From Candidatus Poribacteria bacterium (GTDB taxonomy: Bacteria; Poribacteria; WGA-4E; PCPOR2b), in NCBI GenBank assembly GCA_965218095.1, contig OZ244587.1:4032001-4096000 (forward strand): a stretch of DNA of 64,000 nucleotides, read 5' to 3'. The notes beneath the pieces are model-generated. The model saw only the letters and a list, made by a program, of their open reading frames with translations, had not been told where the DNA came from and did no database searches. Each line of letters starts with the position of its first letter. Position 1 is the stretch's first letter. This document shows, in pieces, positions 19,836 to 29,411 of the stretch. Made by a program: the position numbers and the translations under genes.

Positions 19836-21191
19836 TTATTGTCCTAACGTGACGCTATCTGTGCTTTGAGGAAGAGTCATAATCACGGCGCCAATAAGAT
19901 TTCCCTCCATTGCAGCAACCTCAAATCGGAGGCCGTGCTCGTCGATCTGATATTCGCCGACCAATGGGATACGCCCAAAAAGCCCAAAGACATAACCGCC
20001 GATCGTATCTGCAATTCCCTCATCAATTTTCAGGTTAAACTGCTGATTTATCTGTCGCACGCTGACTCGTCCGAAGACCTCAATCACAAAGGAATTATCA
20101 GGGTGCGGAATGATCTCAGGATAAGCCAATGATGTATCATGTTCGTCGATGATGTCCCCGACGACTTCTTCGATAATATCTTCAATGGTGACGAGTCCGG
20201 AAATACCACCATACTCATCTAAAAGAATTGTCATTTCTGTTTTCTCATAGGTGAACTCCGATAGGAGATCGGCAATTTTTTTGGTTTCGAGAACAAAGAA
20301 AGGCGGACGTATAAGATTCGGTTCAGATTGTGTCTGTCTGAAAGCGTGACGTTTGATGAGAAAATCCTCAACTGTCACGTTTCTAATGTCTGTGTCTCGC
20401 CATAGGGGAATATCTTTGACGTGGAAAACGCCACAGATATTGTCGATCTGTTTCCGGTAGAGCGGGATACGGGAGAGACCAGCTTCCCTTGCTTTATCTA
20501 ATACTTCCTGGATTATGGTAGAGGACTCCATCGCGACCATTTCGGTTCGCGGCACCATAATCTCTTTGGCTTCAATCTCACGGAGTTCGAGGATGTTGCC
20601 TAAGATTTCACGCTCATCGGCTTGCAACGTTCCTTCCTCATGCGTATTGACAATTGCCTTGAAATCTTCTGCGGTGATACGGTCTTCTCTGGGAATATGA
20701 CTTCCGCCAAATAGTGGTATTAAAAGATTGGTGATACCCCGTAGAACGGTGCGTAAAGGGGAAATTAGCACGGAAAAGTTCCAAAGTGGACGTGCTGTGA
20801 TTCTGGAAAACCCTTCTGCGTATTTAATCGCATACGTTTTGGGAGTAATTTCCCCAACAATCAACAGCAGTAATGTAATGAGGACGGTTGCGGTAACAAT
20901 GGCGGGCACCGAAGGTCCTTGACCGAACAAATTGTAAATAAGGGAGGCGAAGATTGTCGCAAAGCCGGTGTTAATGAAGGTGTTTCCAAGCAGGATGGTG
21001 ATGAACAATCGGCGAGGATTGTCTACGAAATTGACGATCGCAGCGGCGCTTTTTCTCTTTTCGTTGCGGAGACGTTCAATCTGCACCTTGTTCAGGGCAC
21101 ACAGAGCCGTCTCAGAACCAGAGAAAAAACCAGATAAAAATAGGAGCAGCCCCAATCCAATTAAATGGGGCAAAAGCTGGTCAACTTCCAT
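19836..21191 (-). CDS. CNNM/DUF21-CBS-CorC membrane protein (paralogue)
   Basis: FFSGSETAL, GEITPK, IMVPR, LSRIPLY, LDEYGG, DTIGG. Confidence 0.92.
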   Translation of the reverse strand: MEVDQLLPHLIGLGLLLFLSGFFSGSETALCALNKVQIERLRNEKRKSAAAIVNFVDNPRRLFITILLGNTFINTGFATIFASLIYNLFGQGPSVPAIVTATVLITLLLLIVGEITPKTYAIKYAEGFSRITARPLWNFSVLISPLRTVLRGITNLLIPLFGGSHIPREDRITAEDFKAIVNTHEEGTLQADEREILGNILELREIEAKEIMVPRTEMVAMESSTIIQEVLDKAREAGLSRIPLYRKQIDNICGVFHVKDIPLWRDTDIRNVTVEDFLIKRHAFRQTQSEPNLIRPPFFVLETKKIADLLSEFTYEKTEMTILLDEYGGISGLVTIEDIIEEVVGDIIDEHDTSLAYPEIIPHPDNSFVIEVFGRVSVRQINQQFNLKIDEGIADTIGGYVFGLFGRIPLVGEYQIDEHGLRFEVAAMEGNLIGAVIMTLPQSTDSVTLGQ

Positions 21192-21307
21192 TTTGGCTTG
21201 ACGCTTGAGGAGACCTTGAAATGTAATAAAGTTGAGTTAGGGCTGGGTTCTGTTGTTAGATTGTGAAGCCCACCATCACACAACACCACCCAGGAGAGTT
21301 AGCTAAA

Positions 21308-21336
21308 ATTGTAGCACATAAATAGACAAACAGCAA
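21308..21336 (-). promoter_or_regulatory. Sigma70-like promoter of the CNNM operon
   Basis: TTGCTG-17 bp-TACAAT with extended TG on the minus strand. Confidence 0.5.
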
Positions 21337-21362
21337 CAGAAAATCAAATATAATAGAGGTAG

Positions 21363-22016
21363 ATGATGACGAAACTGGAACAGATGCAACGGATTGAATC
21401 GTGTGGCGTTGTCGCCATCATCCGTGCGAATAGTTCCGCTGAACTGATTGAAGTCGCCGCAGCAATCAAAGAAGGGGGAGTCGATCTGATTGAAGTAACG
21501 ATGACCACCCCAAATGCATTAAACGTTATCAGTGATGTTGCTGCGCAGTATAGCAACCAGGTGCTTGTAGGGGTTGGATCTGTCCTTGATGCAGAGACAG
21601 CGCGGGCAGCCATGCTCGCAGGTGCAGAGTTTGTTGTCAGTCCCGTGACAAAACCTGATGTTATTGAGATCTGCAACCGATACAGTAAAGTCGTGATGCC
21701 GGGCGCATTTACGCCAACCGAGATTTTGAGTGCTTGGGAAGCCGGAGCGGACTATGTAAAGGTCTTCCCGTCAAGCGGTGTAGGGCCAAGCTACATCAAA
21801 GATGTGAAAGCACCAATGCCGCATATTCCACTGATTCCAACCGGTGGCGTCAATGTAAATAATGCCGGGGAATTCATCAAGGCGGGCTCAGCAGCACTTG
21901 GTGTTGGCAGCACACTCGTCAATAATAAGGTGATTGCCGAAGGCCGATTCAATCTCCTGACGGAGACAGCGAGAAAATTGGTGGAAGCTGTGCGGGGCGC
22001 CAAGGAAAACCAATGA
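21363..22016 (+). CDS. eda: KDPG/KHG aldolase
   Basis: VVAIIR, IEVTMTTP, GAEFVVSP, TPTEI, VKVFP, IPTGGV. Confidence 0.92.
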   Translation: MMTKLEQMQRIESCGVVAIIRANSSAELIEVAAAIKEGGVDLIEVTMTTPNALNVISDVAAQYSNQVLVGVGSVLDAETARAAMLAGAEFVVSPVTKPDVIEICNRYSKVVMPGAFTPTEILSAWEAGADYVKVFPSSGVGPSYIKDVKAPMPHIPLIPTGGVNVNNAGEFIKAGSAALGVGSTLVNNKVIAEGRFNLLTETARKLVEAVRGAKENQ

Positions 22017-22044
22017 GTTCAAAGGTACATCAGTTCATCGAACT

Positions 22045-22082
22045 TCCCGATTCTTGGATCGGGATTTCGCTTCGCTCAACCT
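22045..22082 (-). repeat. Double-hairpin mini-repeat, intergenic copy
   Basis: Reverse complement AGGTTGAGCGAAGCGAAATCCCGATCCAAGAATCGGGA. Confidence 0.8.
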
Positions 22083-22145
22083 GCACTAATGAACTCTTGA
22101 ATTTACCACGCTTCAATCATCACGTTCCGCGCTCGAAATTGACAG

Positions 22146-22174
22146 TTGACAGTTTACGTGTTTTGTGCTAATCT
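22146..22174 (+). promoter_or_regulatory. Sigma70-like promoter of the kinase gene
   Basis: TTGACA-17 bp-TAATCT with extended TG. Confidence 0.6.
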
Positions 22175-22207
22175 CTCAGGCGGCAATACTCAGCACCATA
22201 ATTAAGG

Positions 22208-24187
22208 ATGATGCAGATGCAAATAAACGGACTCGTTTTAGGAAAATATCGTATTGAGAAACTGATTAACAACGGCAGTTTTGCCTCTGTTTTTCGGGCG
22301 AAAGAGGAGCTTACCAACCGTACAGTTGCCATCAAAACGCTGCCCAAATCCATCTACCCCGCAGGGCGGATGCGTTACCTGCTTACCGAACTGAGTGCGA
22401 TGGGGAGGAATTGGGGGCATCCGAACATCGTTTCCATCCATACCGTTGAACCCGGCGATGGCGAATACGTTGCGTATATTGTCATGGAGTACATTGATGG
22501 TCCCAGCTTGCGACGGTTGATGACAATGAAGCCTCCTGTTCCTCATTTGGCGATCAATATTGCCTTAGATATTTGCCGGGGGCTGATTGCGGCTCATGAA
22601 CATAACATTATCCACCGAGACATCAAGCCGCAAAATATTTTGCTGACTTCTGACCAAACAGCGAAGATCGCTGACTTCGGGGTAGCACGTATCCTTGAGG
22701 CAACCGGCGACTATGCTGGAACAATTACCGGGACACGGAAGTACATGGCGCCTGAGCAGTATGAAGGAAGTTACGATTATCGGGCGGACCTCTATTCAGC
22801 GGGGCTGATTCTCTATGAAATGCTCATGGGGAGATTTCCATTTCGAGGGAAAACGCATGATGAGGTCCAGATGAGGAAGCGATGCGAAGAGCTCGTGCTC
22901 GTATTCAACAGCGAACTCTTCGACGGTTTATGCGAACTTTTACAAAAGGCGTTGCATCGAGATGTGGAAGCGCGGTATCAAACGGCTACGGAGATGTATG
23001 ATGACTTAGATCATATTCGTAAAAAACGGTATACAGACACCGTATGGAAAACAATGACCGGTTACTCGAACCCGGCCCTACAGCGTGCAACGTTATCTGA
23101 ATATAGAGAGAATTTACGGCTCTCCACCGAAGTTGCGGAGAAAATCGAATTGGAAACACGCCACAAGCAGGAGGCGGAAGCAGAGCAACGGGAGCAGCAT
23201 AAACTGAAAAAGCACGTCAATGTGCACTATGATCAGGCAATTCAATATGTCCGCTCAACTCAGCCGCAGACGGCATTGCAGGAGATGCAACAAGCGCACC
23301 GTCTCTACTTGAGTGATGTCCAAGCAACGAAGAAAGCGGATTGGATATTCCGGAATTTATCCGATTTGATTGTTCCCCCCAAATCTCCCTCTACAGCAAA
23401 AGATCTGATCGATTTAATCGATCAATTGCCGGTTGACGAAATGTCGGCGCTCAAAGCATGGTTTTATGATCAATTTTTCCTCAGTGAACCGAGCGAACCT
23501 TCTTCTATCTTGGACTCGGATGTGGATGACACAGACAGTCATACCAGTTCCGGTTTGACGCCTCAAACCCTCAATCCGGAAGAGCCTGTTCCGGAATTCG
23601 TTTTGCAGAAACTTCATGAGGTGGTTCAAAATCCCCATGAGATGATTGCCGCCCAGATCCGTCAATCAGCTGAAGAATGTGCACAAGGCGGAAAAAGTAG
23701 ACGAGCCCGTGCGGAGTACAAAAAGCTTGGGGAATTTTATAGGAAATCCGCTGCGAACTTTATTGAATCGGGGGATTGGGGGTTGATTGCAGATTGTCAT
23801 GCGCGAGCACGGCTTGCCTACACAGCGGCTTGTCGTTCCGGTCGTGCGCGGCAGAGCGCACGGGAGGCGGGCAACTACTATGTGATGCTGGCAGACCTCC
23901 TTGAAAGACAACAGGATTGGGCGGAAGCCGGCAGGTTGTACGCACTTGCGGCAGAACATTACGCCCACGCCGGCCTGTCGGAGGAACCTGATGAAAGTCG
24001 GTTGCGTGCAACGATCTGCTATTTCAATGTCGCCGAAAATGCGCGTGCCGCAGGGAATCTCAATCTGGCTTACGATTATTGTGATAAAACGTTGATGATC
24101 TCGGAAGAGATGCAAAGAGCTTCCAATGCTGTGACGGGTGCACGAAAACTGATTCAGGAAATTGAAGGGCTTTTTACTGCAAGCTAG
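22208..24187 (+). CDS. Hanks-type Ser/Thr kinase with helical-repeat (TPR/SNAP-like) C-terminus
   Basis: VAIK, HPNIV, HRDIKPQN, DFG, YMAPEQ; no TM; Ala/Tyr-rich helical repeats. Confidence 0.88.
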   Translation: MMQMQINGLVLGKYRIEKLINNGSFASVFRAKEELTNRTVAIKTLPKSIYPAGRMRYLLTELSAMGRNWGHPNIVSIHTVEPGDGEYVAYIVMEYIDGPSLRRLMTMKPPVPHLAINIALDICRGLIAAHEHNIIHRDIKPQNILLTSDQTAKIADFGVARILEATGDYAGTITGTRKYMAPEQYEGSYDYRADLYSAGLILYEMLMGRFPFRGKTHDEVQMRKRCEELVLVFNSELFDGLCELLQKALHRDVEARYQTATEMYDDLDHIRKKRYTDTVWKTMTGYSNPALQRATLSEYRENLRLSTEVAEKIELETRHKQEAEAEQREQHKLKKHVNVHYDQAIQYVRSTQPQTALQEMQQAHRLYLSDVQATKKADWIFRNLSDLIVPPKSPSTAKDLIDLIDQLPVDEMSALKAWFYDQFFLSEPSEPSSILDSDVDDTDSHTSSGLTPQTLNPEEPVPEFVLQKLHEVVQNPHEMIAAQIRQSAEECAQGGKSRRARAEYKKLGEFYRKSAANFIESGDWGLIADCHARARLAYTAACRSGRARQSAREAGNYYVMLADLLERQQDWAEAGRLYALAAEHYAHAGLSEEPDESRLRATICYFNVAENARAAGNLNLAYDYCDKTLMISEEMQRASNAVTGARKLIQEIEGLFTAS

Positions 24188-24258
24188 CAAGATCGGTCTC
24201 TTCGACGTTCCTTACAAATCGTTGAGAGTTGGGGTGGGGAATGAAAGGAGTCGATAAC

Positions 24259-24386
24259 ATGGCTTATTCATGGATGAATCCGGTGACAATGGTTTAGTCG
24301 AAGGAAGTTCTGATTTTTATATCTTGGCAGGGATTTCAATTGAAGATCGGTATTGGAAAAAATATTTCTGGAAGATACAAGCATAG
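24259..24386 (+). pseudogene. DUF3800 N-terminal remnant
   Basis: LFMDESGDNG....SDFYILAG..., out of frame with the RBS-linked ATG, with an early stop. Confidence 0.55.
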
Positions 24387-24515
24387 AAAAAGGGCTTCAG
24401 GAAAAATCCCGAAGCTCCATAGTCATGTCGTTATTAGCGCGCCCTATTCCGCCCTATATGAACGGATCAGCCGTGCATTGATAATATATCATGTGTCAAG
24501 GAAATTTATCGAAAA

Positions 24516-25304
24516 ATGAGAGCAAAGCAAATTAAATCAACCTTACGAAGCGGAGAAATTTTAGTTGGCACCTTCGTGATGGAATTTGCGGCTCCGTCAA
24601 TTGCGACCATCTTATCAAGCGCAGGTGCGGATTTCATCATTGTGGACATGGAACACACCACCTTTACGATGGAAACGGTCGGGCATATCGTCAGAGCAGC
24701 GAGGGGATCAGATCTCCCCAGTATTGTCCGTGTGCCAGAAATCGAGCGGCATTTTATCTCCAGAGCCCTTGACGCGGGCGCTTCCGGGGTGATGCTCCCG
24801 CGCATCGAATTCCGCGAAGATGTCGAAAAGGCCCTCAAGTGGGCGAAATACGCGCCAGAGGGCGACAGAGGAGTTGCATTCGGCATTGGGCACACCGATT
24901 ACGGCGACTTTCGGAAGTTGGATGGCGTGAAATACACCCATCAGGCGAATGAAGAAATCTTCGTCGTCGGACAGATCGAAACCGCGAAATCTGTGGAAAA
25001 TATCGACGAAATCCTTTCCAGCGGTGGACTAGACGCGATTTTCATCGGTCCCTATGACCTATCGACGTCGCTCGGTGTCTCAGGACAACTTGACCACCCG
25101 TTGGTTGTCGATGGCATCGAAAAGGTCATTTCCAAAGCGAAGGAACACCAGATTATCCTCGGAAGCTACGTCAACGATTTTGAGAGCGGAAAACAGTGGT
25201 TGGAGGCGGGCGTCCAGTTGATTGCCTGTGGGAACGACGCCTTTCTGATTACCTGTCGGTTTGCAGAGGAAAATCAGAAGTTTAAGGATTACGTATCACG
25301 GTGA
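24516..25304 (+). CDS. HpcH/HpaI class II aldolase
   Basis: VDMEH, VRVP, LDAGASGV, QIET, FIGPYDLS. Confidence 0.9.
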   Translation: MRAKQIKSTLRSGEILVGTFVMEFAAPSIATILSSAGADFIIVDMEHTTFTMETVGHIVRAARGSDLPSIVRVPEIERHFISRALDAGASGVMLPRIEFREDVEKALKWAKYAPEGDRGVAFGIGHTDYGDFRKLDGVKYTHQANEEIFVVGQIETAKSVENIDEILSSGGLDAIFIGPYDLSTSLGVSGQLDHPLVVDGIEKVISKAKEHQIILGSYVNDFESGKQWLEAGVQLIACGNDAFLITCRFAEENQKFKDYVSR

Positions 25305-25308
25305 ACCG

Positions 25309-26322
25309 ATGAGCGAACAAACGTATGATATTTTAGCAATCGGACGCAGTTCGATTGATTTGTATTCCAACGACATCGGCGCGCCGTTTCCCGAAATTAC
25401 CAGCTTTGAGGCGTTTGTCGGCGGCTGTCCGACGAACATCAGCGTCGGCGTGCGAAGGCTTGGACTCCAATCCGCTGTCCTCACCGCGCTGGGCGAAGAT
25501 CCGGTAGGCGATTTCATCCTCAAATTCTTAAACGATGAGGGCGTCGAAACAAGATTTGTCCCTCGCAAGCCCGGGCACCGAACCAGCGCTGTTGTGCTTG
25601 GGATCGAGCCTCCCGATCGATTTCCGCTGGTCTACTATCGTGACAACTGCGCCGACATCGAACTCACGATTGACGATGTCCTCGCCGCACCGGTCGCCGA
25701 TAGCAAAGCACTGCTTATCTCCGGGACCGGACTCAGCAAAGAGCCGAGTCGAAGCGCGAACCTCTTTGCTGCTGAGTACGCCCGATCGATTGGGACCACT
25801 GTGTTTCTCGACCTCGACTTTCGCGCAGACCAGTGGGATGACTCCCGCGCTTTCGGCGTCGTCGTCAGGTCTGTGTTGCGGTTGGTTGATATCGCACTCG
25901 GAACGGAGGAAGAAGTCAAAGCCGCAAGTCTCACCGATGTCTCACAACTTTCTATCGAACACTCCCAGATATCGAACCCAAATATCAAAGGCGATGTCGC
26001 GGCGGCAATCGAGACGATTCTGAGTGGTGGACCGGGGGCATTGGTGATGAAGCGCGGTATTGAAGGTGCTAATGTTTATCTGTCTAGTGGAGAGGTTATT
26101 AACGCAGCCCCATTTCCCGTTGAGGTCTACAACACCCTCGGCGCGGGGGATGCCTTCGCCAGCGGTTTTATTTACGGACACTTGAAGGAGTGGGGTTGGG
26201 AGAAATCAGCGCGTTTGGGCAATGCGACCGGCGCGATTATCGTCACCCGGCACGGTTGCGCGAACTTTATGCCGACGATGCGTAAGGTTGCGGATTTTGT
26301 TGAGAAACGGGGTGGATGGTAA
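25309..26322 (+). CDS. iolC: 5-dehydro-2-deoxygluconokinase
   Basis: IGRSSIDLY, VGGCPTN, FPLVYYRDNCAD, PfkB motif LGAGDAF; iolD nearby. Confidence 0.92.
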   Translation: MSEQTYDILAIGRSSIDLYSNDIGAPFPEITSFEAFVGGCPTNISVGVRRLGLQSAVLTALGEDPVGDFILKFLNDEGVETRFVPRKPGHRTSAVVLGIEPPDRFPLVYYRDNCADIELTIDDVLAAPVADSKALLISGTGLSKEPSRSANLFAAEYARSIGTTVFLDLDFRADQWDDSRAFGVVVRSVLRLVDIALGTEEEVKAASLTDVSQLSIEHSQISNPNIKGDVAAAIETILSGGPGALVMKRGIEGANVYLSSGEVINAAPFPVEVYNTLGAGDAFASGFIYGHLKEWGWEKSARLGNATGAIIVTRHGCANFMPTMRKVADFVEKRGGW

Positions 26323-26478
26323 GCAAGCGGCAGGGGCGCCCATCTGTAAAAGAACGCTACAATTTTTTTGAAAAAACTTTACATTTGATTTTTGTGGCAT
26401 ATTTAAAAAAACAGTGCGGAAATCGTTTGTACGTATGCCACAGATGGCGACCAACTTCCCAAAAAGGAAAACTTCATC

Positions 26479-29400
26479 ATGAAAACAACCTTGACGTTAC
26501 TTGTTCTTTTAACCCTGTTTTCACGAAACACCTTCGCCCAAGATTCCCCACAATGGCACCTACCCGAAGGTGTCAAAGCGCGCCTCGGCAAAGGCTGGAT
26601 AAGAGAAATAACGTATTCCCCGGACGGAAATCGCTTGGCGGTCGCCAGCAATATAGGGATTTGGATATACGATGCGCGCAGCGGTGAAGAACTTGACCTC
26701 CTCACGGGGCATACGTCCTGGGTCAATAGTGTCGCGTTCAGCCCTGATGGTGGCACGCTGGCGAGTGGGAGTCGGGACAATACGGTGCGGCTATGGGATG
26801 CCGTCACGGGGCGGCACAAAGCCACACTCACGGGGCATATATACTCGGTCTTGAGTGTTGCGTTCAGTCCCGATGGCGGCACGCTGGCGAGTGGGAGTGG
26901 GGATAAAATGGTGCGGCTGTGGGATGCCGTCACGGGGCGGCACAAAGCCACACTCACGGGGCATACGGACTCGGTCAATAGCGTATCGTTCAGTCCCGAT
27001 GGCGGCACGCTGGCGAGTGGGAGTGGGGATAAAATGGTGCGGCTGTGGGATGCCGTCACAGGGGGGCAAACCACACTCACGGGGCATACGGGGAGGGTCA
27101 ATAGTGTCGCGTTCAGCCCCGATGGCGGCACGCTGGCGAGTGGGAGTGACGACCATACGGTGCGGCTATGGGATGCCGTCACGGGGGGGCAAACCACACT
27201 CACGGAGCATACGGGGAGGGTCAATAGTGTCGCGTTCAGCCCCGATGGCGGCACGCTAGCAAGTGGGAGTGACGACCATACGGTGCGGCTATGGGATGCC
27301 GTCACGGGGGGGCAAACCACACTCACGGGGCATACGGGGAGGGTCAATAGTGTCGCGTTCAGCCCCGATGGCGGCACGCTGGCAAGTGGGAGTGACGACC
27401 ATACGGTGCGGCTATGGGATGCCGTCACAGGGGAGCAAACCACACTCACGGAGCATACGGGGAGGGTCAATAGTGTCGCATTCAGCCCCGATGGCGGCAC
27501 GCTGGCAAGTGGGAGTGACGACCATATGGTGCGGCTATGGGATGCCGTCACGGGGCGGCACAAAAAAACACTCACGGGGCATACGGGGAGGGTCAATAGT
27601 GTCGCGTTCAGCCCCGATGGCGGCACGCTGGCAAGTGGGAGTGACGACCATATGGTGCGGCTATGGGATGCCGTCACGGGGCGGCACAAAAAAACACTCA
27701 CGGGGCATACGTACTGGGTCTTGAGTGTCGCGTTCAGCCCCGATGGCGGCACGCTGGCGAGTGGGAGTCGGGACAATACGGTGCGGCTATGGGATGCCGT
27801 CACGGGGCGGCACAAAAAAACACTCACGGGGCATACGTCCTGGGTCAATAGTGTTGCGTTCAGCCCCGATGGCGGCACGCTGGCGAGTGGGAGTTCCGAC
27901 ACGGTGCGGCTATGGGATGCCGTCATGGGGGGGCACAAAGCCACGGAGCATACGAGGAGGGTCAATAGTGTCGCGTTCAGCCCCGATGGCGGCACGCTGG
28001 CGAGTGGGAGTTCCGACGGCACGGTGTGGCTGTGGGATGCCGTCACGGGGCGCAAAACCATACTCACGGGCACGGGGCGGCACAAAGTCAAACTCACGGG
28101 GCATACGAGGAGGGTCAATAGTGTCGCGTTCAGCCCCGATGGTGGCACGCTGGCGAGTGGGAGTTGGGACGAGACGGTGCGGCTATGGGATGCCGTCACG
28201 GGGGGGCACAAAGCCACACTCACGGGGCATACGTACTGGGTCTTGAGTGTCGCGTTCAGTCCCGATGGCGGCACGCTGGCGAGTGGGAGTTTCGACGGTA
28301 CGGTGCTCCTGTGGGAGCTCACACCGTCTGCCACCACGAACGCCGTTGTGAGTATCTCTCCCGCCTCGGTACAATCTCCGGCTATCGGAGAACCACTCAC
28401 ACTTGCCCTGAATATCGCAGATGGGGAAACCGTGGCAGGGTATCAGGCAACCGTGGGGTTCGATAAGACAGCACTCCGCTATGTGGAGAGCGCCAACGGT
28501 GATTATCTGCCTGATGGCGCGTTTGCGGTGCCCGCGGTTGTCTCAGGGACCGCGGTTGTCTCAGGGAATAGAGTAACGCTCGCGGCAACATCTCTCGCCG
28601 GAGAAAGCAACGGGGATGGCACGCTTGCCACCCTCACCTTTGAGGTTGTCGCCGTCAAGGCATCCACCTTGATCTTATCCGAAGTCATCCTCTCTGACAG
28701 CACTGGTGAAGCTTCGTGGCCTCGCGTTAAAAGCGGGCGGGTGGTCGAACCGCCACAGGTTGTTGGGGATGTCAATGGGGATGGGGTTGTGAACATTTTG
28801 GATTTGGCGCTCGTTGGCTCAAGTTTCGGGCAGACGGGGCAGAATGATGCGGATGTCAACGGGGATGGCGTTGTCAATATCGTTGACCTTGTCCTCGTTG
28901 CCAGCGCCTTCGATGCGGGGGCAGCCGCGCCTTCCGCACATCCACAGACACCGGCGATGCTCACCGCAGCAGACGTGCACCAGTGGCTCACCCAAGCGCA
29001 GCAAATGGCGCTGACAGATTCTGACTATCAGCGTGGCATTGCCGTGCTGGAACAACTCCTCGCGGCGTTGACCCCGAAAGAGACGGCACTATTGCCAAAC
29101 TACCCGAATCCGTTCAATCCGGAGACGTGGATACCATATCGCCTCGCTGAGGCTGCCGATGTAACGCTCACGATTTATGACACAAAAGGCGCGACGGTGC
29201 GTCGGTTGGAGCTTGGTCATCAGCCGGTGGGCTTCTACACCGCTCGGGCAAAGGCGGCGTATTGGGATGGCTGCAACGAAAGTGGGGAATCGGTGGCAAG
29301 CGGTTTGTATTTCTATCAACTCCGGGTGGGGCGCTCTGGACTCTCGGTGCCTCACCGGAGGGATTATACCGCGTTACGGCGGATGGTGATTCTAAAATAA
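26479..29400 (+). CDS. Secreted WD40-repeat protein with cohesin-like, dockerin-like and FlgD/T9SS-like C-terminal domains
   Basis: Signal peptide; 14 WD40 blades; YQATVGFD...GTLATLTFEV; two DVNGDGVVNI; LLPNYPNPFNPETWIPY. Confidence 0.92.
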   Translation: MKTTLTLLVLLTLFSRNTFAQDSPQWHLPEGVKARLGKGWIREITYSPDGNRLAVASNIGIWIYDARSGEELDLLTGHTSWVNSVAFSPDGGTLASGSRDNTVRLWDAVTGRHKATLTGHIYSVLSVAFSPDGGTLASGSGDKMVRLWDAVTGRHKATLTGHTDSVNSVSFSPDGGTLASGSGDKMVRLWDAVTGGQTTLTGHTGRVNSVAFSPDGGTLASGSDDHTVRLWDAVTGGQTTLTEHTGRVNSVAFSPDGGTLASGSDDHTVRLWDAVTGGQTTLTGHTGRVNSVAFSPDGGTLASGSDDHTVRLWDAVTGEQTTLTEHTGRVNSVAFSPDGGTLASGSDDHMVRLWDAVTGRHKKTLTGHTGRVNSVAFSPDGGTLASGSDDHMVRLWDAVTGRHKKTLTGHTYWVLSVAFSPDGGTLASGSRDNTVRLWDAVTGRHKKTLTGHTSWVNSVAFSPDGGTLASGSSDTVRLWDAVMGGHKATEHTRRVNSVAFSPDGGTLASGSSDGTVWLWDAVTGRKTILTGTGRHKVKLTGHTRRVNSVAFSPDGGTLASGSWDETVRLWDAVTGGHKATLTGHTYWVLSVAFSPDGGTLASGSFDGTVLLWELTPSATTNAVVSISPASVQSPAIGEPLTLALNIADGETVAGYQATVGFDKTALRYVESANGDYLPDGAFAVPAVVSGTAVVSGNRVTLAATSLAGESNGDGTLATLTFEVVAVKASTLILSEVILSDSTGEASWPRVKSGRVVEPPQVVGDVNGDGVVNILDLALVGSSFGQTGQNDADVNGDGVVNIVDLVLVASAFDAGAAAPSAHPQTPAMLTAADVHQWLTQAQQMALTDSDYQRGIAVLEQLLAALTPKETALLPNYPNPFNPETWIPYRLAEAADVTLTIYDTKGATVRRLELGHQPVGFYTARAKAAYWDGCNESGESVASGLYFYQLRVGRSGLSVPHRRDYTALRRMVILK
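26701..28314 (+). repeat. 13 near-identical coding tandem repeats of mostly 123-126 bp (WD40)
   Basis: Recurrent GTCGCGTTCAGCCCCGATGGCGGCACGCTGGCGAGTGGGAGT core. Confidence 0.95.
29320..29360 (+). repeat. Palindrome inside the last codons of the WD40 gene
   Basis: CTCCGG-GTGGGGCGC...GTGCCTCAC-CGGAG stem with two G-T pairs. Confidence 0.65.
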
Positions 29401-29411
29401 AGGAGACAACT

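Noticed and set aside
26701-28314. CRISPR array or diversity-generating retroelement
   Set aside because: The repeats are in-frame coding units without unique spacers; no cas or reverse transcriptase gene is in the window.
26403-28400. 665-aa repetitive minus-strand ORF
   Set aside because: Antisense shadow of the WD40 repeats, as are the other short ORFs there.
29262-29411. N-terminal extensions in the ORF track (iolD; likewise 9410, 5573, 16132, 17678, 32752, 56934, 59861)
   Set aside because: They overlap neighbours or repeats; downstream starts fit the RBS and family N-termini better.
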